Shown here: piece after piece, positions 57,220-64,000 of the stretch
Position numbering within the stretch: the stretch's first letter is position 1
Layout of the letters: every line of letters starts with the position of its first letter
DNA from: Bacteroidota bacterium
GTDB lineage: Bacteria > Bacteroidota > Bacteroidia > Bacteroidales > FEN-979
Length of the DNA: 64,000 bases
Assembly: GCA_037133475.1 (NCBI GenBank)
Contig: JBAXOB010000022.1
Coordinates: 571 to 64,570 of the forward strand
Direction: 5' to 3'
Notes under the pieces: model-generated
Database searches by the model: none
Seen by the model: only the letters and a program-made list of their open reading frames with translations
Told to the model about the DNA's origin: nothing
Made by a program: the position numbers and the translations under genes

Positions 57220-58128
57220 ATGCATTTTAAGAAACATTTTTTTCTCCTATTGATTTTCGCTGCAACGGTTGGGGTGCGGGTTTCAGGGCAGACGTGGATT
57301 GTTCCCGACGATCAGAAAGCAGTGACGGCGCCGGCGAAATTCACCCCGGAGATGCAGAAACAGGGAGAGGTGATCTACACCAAGAACTGCCAGTCGTGCC
57401 ATGGCCTCCCGGGAAAGGATAACTGGGTCAAACAGCTTGTGCCGCCGCCGGGCGACCTGGCAAAAGAAAAGGCACAGAAGCAAACCGACGGGGAGATCTT
57501 CTTCAGGATCACGACCGGGAAGGCGCCGATGCCCGAATTCCGCAACATAATCCCCGAAGAGGACCGCTGGTCGGTGATCGCCTTCCTGCGTTCGTTCAAC
57601 CCGAAATATATCCAGCCTGCGCCCAAGGCCCTGGCAACCTTTTCGGGCAGGATCGTCACCCTGGCCATGCAATACAGCGACCCGATGAAAAAAATCGTGG
57701 TAACTGCCCGTGAGAAACTTAAGGACAACGACAAGGCGCCGGCAGCCGGTATCGAGGTGATGCTCTATGTTAAGCGCTATTTCGGAGCCATGCAGGTGGG
57801 CGAGATGAGAACCACCAATGCCGGCGGCGAAGCCACCTTTGAATTCCCCGCCGACCTGCCCGGGAATGGCACCGGCAGTGTCGAACTTACAGCCCGGGTC
57901 AACGATCCCAAAAACCAGATGAAAACCACACCCGTCAAGGCTTCATTTACCATCGGCGTCCCGACAAACCGCCCCGGTCTTACCGAAACCCGCGCCTGGT
58001 GGTCCACCCGCGGCCACGCGCCCATCGCGCTCCTGCTTACCTATGCTTTCGCCTTCGCGATCGTATGGGGGCTCATCCTCTATATCGTGATCTCGATCCT
58101 GAAAATTAAAAAACTCAGCCACGCCTGA
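57220..58128 (+). CDS. Membrane-anchored monoheme cytochrome c with an extra periplasmic domain
   Basis: I prefer the start MHFKKHFFLLLIF (signal peptide). The class I heme site is CQSCHG with a distal ..GKAPMPEF. A ~180 aa beta-rich domain follows, then a C-terminal TM helix (IALLLTYAFAFAIVWGLILYIVISIL). The track ORF from 57055 translates the 8-bp repeat. Confidence 0.75.
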   Translation: MHFKKHFFLLLIFAATVGVRVSGQTWIVPDDQKAVTAPAKFTPEMQKQGEVIYTKNCQSCHGLPGKDNWVKQLVPPPGDLAKEKAQKQTDGEIFFRITTGKAPMPEFRNIIPEEDRWSVIAFLRSFNPKYIQPAPKALATFSGRIVTLAMQYSDPMKKIVVTAREKLKDNDKAPAAGIEVMLYVKRYFGAMQVGEMRTTNAGGEATFEFPADLPGNGTGSVELTARVNDPKNQMKTTPVKASFTIGVPTNRPGLTETRAWWSTRGHAPIALLLTYAFAFAIVWGLILYIVISILKIKKLSHA

Positions 58129-58155
58129 CCGGCCAAACACCCTAAAATCCCTGTT

Positions 58156-58788
58156 ATGAAACGTGCCCTGTTCTCCTTTTCGGTATGCTGCCTGATGGCG
58201 ATTGCAGGATTTGCACAGAACAGCCAACCAAAAATACCCATGAACACTGCCCTGGTACTGATCGACATCCAGAACGACTACTTCGACAAGGGGGCTATGC
58301 CTCTCGTTGCACCCGGCCAGGCCTGTGACAACGCCCGGCTGATCCTCGACAGGTTCAGGAAAGAGGGGGCGCTGGTAATCCATGTCAGGCATGTCGCCCA
58401 GGATCCCGCCGCTACATTTTTCCTGCCCAACACCCCGGGCGCCGAGATCAATGTCAAGGTAAAACCCCGGCCCGAAGAGCTCGTTATCACCAAACACTAT
58501 CCGAATGGCTTCCGGCAGACGGCGCTGAACGAGGAACTTCAAAGCAGGAATATCACCAGCCTGGTGATCTGCGGCATGATGACGCATATGTGCGTGGATG
58601 CCACCACAAGGGCCGCCAGGGATTTCGGATACAACTGCACCCTTATCGGCGATGCCTGTGCCACGCGCGACCTGGAGGTCAACGGGCAAAAGGTAAATGC
58701 AAGGGAGGTACAGAACAGTTTTCTCGCTGCGCTGAACTCTTATTATGCTGCGGTCAAAACGACCCAACAGTATTTGGACAATAAATAA
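58156..58788 (+). CDS. Isochorismatase-family cysteine hydrolase with a signal peptide
   Basis: The signal is MKRALFSFSVCCLMAIAGFAQ. ALVLIDIQNDYF is present, and the catalytic Cys region is LVICGMMTHMCVDAT. Confidence 0.75.
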   Translation: MKRALFSFSVCCLMAIAGFAQNSQPKIPMNTALVLIDIQNDYFDKGAMPLVAPGQACDNARLILDRFRKEGALVIHVRHVAQDPAATFFLPNTPGAEINVKVKPRPEELVITKHYPNGFRQTALNEELQSRNITSLVICGMMTHMCVDATTRAARDFGYNCTLIGDACATRDLEVNGQKVNAREVQNSFLAALNSYYAAVKTTQQYLDNK

Positions 58789-58808
58789 CCGGTAACACTG
58801 CGAAAACC

Positions 58809-59210
58809 ATGAATAATGAAATCAACGGTTCAGGCATGAAACATCTCGGCACCATCGGAAGAATCCTGTTTGCCCTGCCCTTCGGTGTGATGGGGCTGAA
58901 CCATTTTTTCATGTACAACTATTACGTGGGAATGGTCAGCTCCTTTATCCCCGGCGGCGGGTTTACCGTGATCATCACGGGGCTGGCACTGCTGGCCGCC
59001 TGCATTGCCATCATCCTGAAAAAACTCATCCGGATTGCCTGCCTGCTCCTCGCCCTGCTCCTGCTGATCTTCATCTGTACCATCCATATCCCGGGACTTT
59101 TTGAAAGCGCCACTGCCAACATGGCCCTCATTGAACTGCTAAAAGACACGGCCCTTATGGGCGGCGCCCTGATGATCGCCGGGATATACAAGGAAGAAAA
59201 TACAGACTAA
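58809..59210 (+). CDS. DoxX-family membrane protein
   Basis: It is a small protein with four hydrophobic helices. GRILFALPFGVMGLNHF is DoxX-like. The start may be the ATG at 58836. Confidence 0.6.
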   Translation: MNNEINGSGMKHLGTIGRILFALPFGVMGLNHFFMYNYYVGMVSSFIPGGGFTVIITGLALLAACIAIILKKLIRIACLLLALLLLIFICTIHIPGLFESATANMALIELLKDTALMGGALMIAGIYKEENTD

Positions 59211-59344
59211 TTTGCATGTTGCCGTAAAACCGGCAAATGCCAGAAAAAAAAACTATGAAATTGCCATAATCACAACGTGCATGCAAACCGTGAATGATAA
59301 TTTATGGCTATTCCATGTGACCCGGAAAAAATAAATATTATCAC

Positions 59345-60136
59345 ATGAAAAACAAACTTTTCGGATTTGCTCTCCTGATGCTGTGCATCGCCTGGCTGTT
59401 TCCCGTCACGGTTTTCGCGCAGGAGAGCCGTGCCGACGAACCGGGGGTGATCGAGCATCTTGATACCGTTATCCCCGCGGGCGCAACCTTCTTCAACGAC
59501 CAGGGCCAGCCGGTTCAGCTCAGATCGCTGATTCAAAAACCGACGATCCTTGCCCTGGTCTATTACGACTGCATGGGGGTCTGCCCGACCCTGCTCTCGG
59601 GCGTATCGGATGCCATTGAACACATGGGCCTCGAACTGGGTAAGGATTTCCAGGTGGTGACGGTGAGTTTCAACACCGACGACACACCGGCAAAATCGCT
59701 GGCCAAGAAGCCGAACTTCCTGCGCGAACACAGCAGGCCGCATGCCGCCGGCTGGCAGTTTCTCACGGGCGACAGCGCCAACATCCATTCCCTCACCAAC
59801 GCCGTGGGCTTTATCTTCCAGCGCAGCGGGAACGACTTCATGCATCCCGCCTGTATCATCGTCCTGAGCCCGCAGGGAAAGGTGACCCGCTACCTGTACG
59901 GCACCTCTTATCTCCCCTTTGATGTCAAAATGGCCATCGTCGAGGCACAGAAGGGATTGTCGAGACCCACCATCAACCGCGTGCTGGAATATTGCTTCAG
60001 CTACGATCCCGAAGGGAGGAAATACACCCTCCAGGTGACCAAAATCACCGCCACCGTTATTATTTTCTTTGCCCTTTTGCTTTTTATAGTTCTTATTGTC
60101 CGGACATCCCGGAAAAAAACGAAAACACAAAACTGA
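59345..60136 (+). CDS. SCO1/SenC-family copper chaperone
   Basis: It has a signal/anchor and a thioredoxin-like fold with CMGVCP (CxxxC) and a downstream FMHPA histidine. A C-terminal TM helix is present. Confidence 0.8.
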   Translation: MKNKLFGFALLMLCIAWLFPVTVFAQESRADEPGVIEHLDTVIPAGATFFNDQGQPVQLRSLIQKPTILALVYYDCMGVCPTLLSGVSDAIEHMGLELGKDFQVVTVSFNTDDTPAKSLAKKPNFLREHSRPHAAGWQFLTGDSANIHSLTNAVGFIFQRSGNDFMHPACIIVLSPQGKVTRYLYGTSYLPFDVKMAIVEAQKGLSRPTINRVLEYCFSYDPEGRKYTLQVTKITATVIIFFALLLFIVLIVRTSRKKTKTQN

Positions 60137-60140
60137 TAAT

Positions 60141-61751
60141 ATGACTGAAGAAAAGACTCATCACCCTGAGCCAAGTTACCTTGTCAATACCGGAAAACAC
60201 AAAGGCCTGATGTCGTGGCTTACCTCAACCGACCACAAGCGGATCGGGCTGATGTACATGTATGCCATGATGGTGTTCTTTATCGTAGGGGTACTGCTCG
60301 GCGAAATCATGCGGCTGGAACTGTTCCGGCCCGGTCAGCAATTTTACGGGCCCCAGGTGTATAACGGGCTCTTTACATTGCATGGCATCATCATGATCTT
60401 TACGGTGGTCATCCCGGGACTGGCCGCGGTGTTCGGAAATTTTTCGATGCCGATCATGATCGGCGCCAAGGATGTTGCCTTTCCAAGGCTTAACCTGTTT
60501 TCATTTTACCTTTACATCCTGGGAGCAGGTATCGCGCTGACCTCCCAGTTCCTGGGCAACGGTCCCCCCGACACCGGATGGACGTTTTACGCCCCCTACA
60601 GCATCCAGACCCACACCAACGTGGTGGCCGCCGTGTTCGGCGCCTTTGTGCTGGGATTTTCATCGATCCTCACAGGGCTGAACTTCATCGTCACCATGCA
60701 CCGCATGCGCGCCCCCGGCATGACCTTCTTCAAGATGCCGCTCTTTCCCTGGTCGCTCTATGCAACCGCCTGGATCCAGGTGCTGGCAACCCCCATCGTC
60801 GGGATCACCCTGCTGATGGTCATCGCCGAACGATGGCTCCGCATCGGCTTCTTCGATCCCGCCCTGGGCGGCGATCCCGTGCTCTACCAGCATCTTTTCT
60901 GGATCTATTCCCACCCCGCCGTCTATATCATGATCCTGCCGGCCATGGGGGTGATCACCGAAATCATACCGACCTTCTCGCAGCGACGCGTCTTCGGCTA
61001 CAGGGCCATTGCCATCTCCAGCCTTGCCATCGCGCTGGTGGGCTACTTTGTATGGGCACACCACATGTACACCTCCGGCATGAGCCCCACCGCCCGCTGG
61101 ATCTTCTCACTGCTCACCTTCCTGGTCGCCGTTCCCAGCGCCATCAAGGTGTTCAACTGGGTGACCACCATGTATAAGGGCTCCATCGACCTGAAACCGC
61201 CCTTCCTATTCGCCCTCGGGTTTATCTTCCTCTTCATGATCGGCGGGATGACCGGGCTTACCCTGGGCGCCCTGGCAACCAACATCCACGTTCACGACAC
61301 CGCTTACGTGGTGGCCCACTTCCACTATATCGTCTTCGGAGGGGTCGGCTTTGCCTTCTTTGCCGCCATCCACTACTGGTATCCCAAGATGTACGGCAGG
61401 ATGTACAACTTCAAACGTGCCAACTGGGCCTTCGGGTTCCTCTTCATCGGCTTCAACCTGCTCTATTTCCCGCAGTTCGTCATCGGGATCATGGGCATGC
61501 CCCGCCGGTATTACGACTACCTCCCGCAGTACACCCTGGGGATGCAGCTCTCCTTCTTTGGCGGTATCCTCCTGCTTATCGGCATCATCCTCATGCTGAC
61601 AAACCTCTTCAGCAAAAAAGGGGAAAAAGCCCCCGACAACCCCTGGGGCGGCCGCACCTGGGAGTGGACCATCCCTTCGCCCCCGCCGCTTGAAAACTTC
61701 GACGTGATGCCCGAAATGGGAGAAAATGAAACCCCGTACGACTATAAGTAG
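60141..61751 (+). CDS. ctaD: Cytochrome c oxidase subunit I, A2-type heme-copper oxidase
   Basis: [14 protein letters not shown] and HFHYIVFGG are present. The helix VI motif reads YSHPAVY (nt 60906-60923) instead of GHPEVY. I prefer the start at 60141, just after the SCO1 stop. Confidence 0.93.
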   Translation: MTEEKTHHPEPSYLVNTGKHKGLMSWLTSTDHKRIGLMYMYAMMVFFIVGVLLGEIMRLELFRPGQQFYGPQVYNGLFTLHGIIMIFTVVIPGLAAVFGNFSMPIMIGAKDVAFPRLNLFSFYLYILGAGIALTSQFLGNGPPDTGWTFYAPYSIQTHTNVVAAVFGAFVLGFSSILTGLNFIVTMHRMRAPGMTFFKMPLFPWSLYATAWIQVLATPIVGITLLMVIAERWLRIGFFDPALGGDPVLYQHLFWIYSHPAVYIMILPAMGVITEIIPTFSQRRVFGYRAIAISSLAIALVGYFVWAHHMYTSGMSPTARWIFSLLTFLVAVPSAIKVFNWVTTMYKGSIDLKPPFLFALGFIFLFMIGGMTGLTLGALATNIHVHDTAYVVAHFHYIVFGGVGFAFFAAIHYWYPKMYGRMYNFKRANWAFGFLFIGFNLLYFPQFVIGIMGMPRRYYDYLPQYTLGMQLSFFGGILLLIGIILMLTNLFSKKGEKAPDNPWGGRTWEWTIPSPPPLENFDVMPEMGENETPYDYK

Positions 61752-61827
61752 CCTGCAGCGGGATAACCGAATGAACAACAAGTAATTTGCCGGATTCGTA
61801 ATTTAATTTCAAATATTAGTTAATCAT

Positions 61828-62421
61828 ATGGAACATCGCGACGACATTGGTGCAAAACTGGGCATGTGGGTCTTTATCTTTACAGAAATCCTGCTGTTCG
61901 GCGGTTTATTTTTAGTCTATGCGGTGATGCGGGGCAACTATTCGGCCGATTTCCATTCGGCTGCGCATCACCTGAATGCCTTTATCGGCACAATCAATAC
62001 CCTCGTGCTGCTGATCAGCAGCGCGACCGTGGCCATGTCGATAACAGCCGTGCAGAAGGGCCACAACCGGTTTGCCGTCCTGCTGCTCTTCCTCACGCTG
62101 ATCTGCGCCGCCGTCTTTATGGTCAACAAATATTTTGAATGGGGACACAAGTTCTCGATCGGTCTCTACCCGGGCAGCGACCTGATGCTGACCATGAACC
62201 ACGGCCAGGTAATGTTCTTCAGCCTCTACTTCTTCATGACAGGGCTGCACATGTTCCACCTTGTCGTCGGCGGCATCATCCTCACCATCGCCATGATCAA
62301 GGTCAACAACGGCACCATCAACAGCACGCGGTATGTGCTGCTAGAAAACGGCGGACTCTACTGGCATCTCGTCGACCTTATCTGGATCTTCCTCTTCCCG
62401 CTGCTCTACCTGATAACCTAG
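61828..62421 (+). CDS. ctaE: Cytochrome c oxidase subunit III
   Basis: It is 197 aa with five hydrophobic helices. Its end, ..GLYWHLVDLIWIFLFPLLYL, is typical of subunit III. Confidence 0.85.
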   Translation: MEHRDDIGAKLGMWVFIFTEILLFGGLFLVYAVMRGNYSADFHSAAHHLNAFIGTINTLVLLISSATVAMSITAVQKGHNRFAVLLLFLTLICAAVFMVNKYFEWGHKFSIGLYPGSDLMLTMNHGQVMFFSLYFFMTGLHMFHLVVGGIILTIAMIKVNNGTINSTRYVLLENGGLYWHLVDLIWIFLFPLLYLIT

Positions 62422-62498
62422 GCTGTCAGCCCGGAGGGACCACCTCAAGCTGGAAATGAATGTGCAATTCGTAATTTTTAACCCGTAATCAAATCAAA

Positions 62499-62783
62499 AT
62501 GGATACCGAAACTGTTCACATCACGCCATACCGTACCTATGCCTGGGTGCTCGTCGCACTGCTTGCCTTTACCTTTCTGACCATTACCGTGACGTGGATC
62601 GACCTGTCGGCCCTGACGGTGTTTGTGGCCCTTACCATCGCCACCATCAAGGCAGGGGTGGTGCTGACCTACTTCATGCACCTGAAATTCGAATCGTCGC
62701 TCTTCCGCATCTTCGTGATCATGGTGCTGGCCATCTATGTGCTGGTCATCCTCTTCACCCTGTCGGATTATCTCTTCAGGTAA
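62499..62783 (+). CDS. Cytochrome c oxidase subunit IV (bacterial CoxD/CyoD-like)
   Basis: It is 94 aa with three TM helices and the motif IKAGVVLTYFMHLKFE. Confidence 0.75.
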   Translation: MDTETVHITPYRTYAWVLVALLAFTFLTITVTWIDLSALTVFVALTIATIKAGVVLTYFMHLKFESSLFRIFVIMVLAIYVLVILFTLSDYLFR

Positions 62784-62840
62784 GCCATGGGAATGGCGAA
62801 ATAAACCAAATCTTTAAATTGTAACAAGTAATTAATTCAT

Positions 62841-63746
62841 ATGGGTGCATCAAACTTTACTGAAGGAGTTGATCTGGCTTTCAAGGTCATTTTCGGAATC
62901 AGCCTGTTTTTCCTGGCAGGGATCACTACGGTGATGGTCTATTTTGTTTTCCGTTACAGCAGGAAACGACATCCGGCAGCCGAACAGATAAAGGATAACA
63001 ATGTACTGGAGATCACCTGGATAACCATCCCGCTGATCCTGGTGCTGCTGATGTTTTATTTCGGATACGTGGCCTTCAGCCCGCAGCGCGTGGTTCCCAA
63101 GGATGCCATGGCCATCAACGTGATCGGCAAGATGTGGTTCTGGACCTTTGAATACGAAGGCGGAAAACAGTCGCCCGTCCTGGTGGTGCCCCTGAAGAAG
63201 GCGATCCTGCTGAACCTCCATTCCGACGACGTGATCCACAGCCTCTATATCCCTGCCTTCCGTATCAAGGAGGATGTGGTTCCCGGGAAGAAAAACTACA
63301 TGTGGTTCATCTCCCAACAGATCGGCGAATACGACATCCTTTGCACCGCCTACTGCGGACTGCGCCACTCCTACATGGAGACCAAGGCAAAGGTGGTGAC
63401 GGAGGCCGAATACAAGGCCTGGCTTGCCGCCCTTCCCGCCAAATCAAGCGAACCCGAAGGCCTTGCCATCCTCAAGAAAAATGCCTGTACCGGCTGCCAT
63501 TCGCTCGACGGCACCAAACTGGTCAGCGCCTCCTTTAAGGGACTCTACGGTAAAACCGAAAAGGTCACCACCGATGGGAAAGAGCGCTCCGTCACGGTCG
63601 ATGACGCTTATATCAAAACCTCGGTCTACGATCCCGACAAGGATATCGTGGTAGGGTTTCCGAAAGGGGTGATGAAGACCTACAAGGGTATTGTCACCGA
63701 AGATGACCTTACCAAGATCATCGATTACCTGAAAACCATCAAATAG
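62841..63746 (+). CDS. ctaC: Cytochrome c oxidase subunit II with fused C-terminal cytochrome c (caa3-type)
   Basis: Two N-terminal TM helices are present. The CuA ligands are DVIHSLYIP and CTAYCGLRHSYM. The C-terminal heme site is CTGCH. Confidence 0.9.
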   Translation: MGASNFTEGVDLAFKVIFGISLFFLAGITTVMVYFVFRYSRKRHPAAEQIKDNNVLEITWITIPLILVLLMFYFGYVAFSPQRVVPKDAMAINVIGKMWFWTFEYEGGKQSPVLVVPLKKAILLNLHSDDVIHSLYIPAFRIKEDVVPGKKNYMWFISQQIGEYDILCTAYCGLRHSYMETKAKVVTEAEYKAWLAALPAKSSEPEGLAILKKNACTGCHSLDGTKLVSASFKGLYGKTEKVTTDGKERSVTVDDAYIKTSVYDPDKDIVVGFPKGVMKTYKGIVTEDDLTKIIDYLKTIK

Positions 63747-63773
63747 GCCGGACACTCCTGCTTATTCACCACC

Positions 63774-64000
63774 ATGCATTCGCAAACCTCCACCTTCCGG
63801 GTCCTGATCACCCTGACACGGTTTCCTGTATCCCTTGCCGTAACCTTCACCGCCTTTGCGGCGATGGTCATCTGTACCGGGGATATCACCTCCGCCATGT
63901 TTTTCCCCGTGGCCGGGATCTTCCTGCTTGCCTCCGGCGCCTCCGCCTTCAACCAGTACCAGGAATGGCCTTACGACGAACGCATGGAACGCACCCGCAA
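63774..64000 (+). CDS. ctaB: Protoheme IX farnesyltransferase (heme O synthase), 3'-truncated by the window edge
   Basis: Hand translation from the ATG at 63774 is open to the window end. The UbiA-family motif is NQYQEWPYDERMERTR (N-x3-[DE]-x3-D-x2-M-x-RT). Its position directly after the oxidase genes supports the call. Confidence 0.75.
   Translation, partial: MHSQTSTFRVLITLTRFPVSLAVTFTAFAAMVICTGDITSAMFFPVAGIFLLASGASAFNQYQEWPYDERMERTR

Overview
This is 64 kb of a Bacteroidota-type chromosome. The assignment rests on T9SS type-A and type-B C-terminal sorting domains, SprB repeats, a DUF5686 protein and TAnnTTTG -7 promoter boxes. The sequence is moderately GC-rich, so many long antisense ORFs in the track are spurious. 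I support 46 CDS, two of them cut by the window edges. Content is almost entirely core or housekeeping. It includes two surface adhesin-like genes, a PAS histidine kinase / REC-kinase / LuxR regulator trio, a POT peptide transporter and a TIGR01212-type radical SAM protein. It also includes pstSCAB followed by a GPP34/GOLPH3-family gene, MoxR, three periplasmic SurA/PPIase chaperone genes, guaB and an orphan membrane multiheme cytochrome. Further along are a T9SS cargo protein, a cyclophilin, carAB plus a lipoprotein, a GH38-like / GH29-PA14 / T9SS type-B trio, and glyA. The remaining non-respiratory genes are sixA-like plus ppk1, ftsB-like, priA, pfkA, a THUMP RNA methyltransferase and a DUF5686 protein. 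The right end is a respiratory block: a NrfC-like FeS subunit, a NrfD-like membrane subunit and a monoheme cytochrome c, then a secreted hydrolase, DoxX, SCO1, and caa3 oxidase subunits I, III, IV, II and heme O synthase. I found no rRNA, tRNA, CRISPR, transposase/integrase or recognisable defence genes, so I cannot point to a clear-cut novel system. The most unusual items are four. (1) A stripped-down Alternative-Complex-III-like three-gene module sits next to an A2-type caa3 oxidase with non-canonical gene order. (2) A family of 7/8/9-bp AATG-core tandem-repeat arrays lies directly 5' of three genes, with a related 9-mer palindrome in a hairpin-rich divergent intergenic region. (3) An ImcH-like membrane protein combines three TM helices with seven heme motifs, one of them CX3CH. 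(4) A GPP34 homologue occupies the position after pstB where phoU normally sits. All functional calls come from reading the translations by eye. No database search was run.
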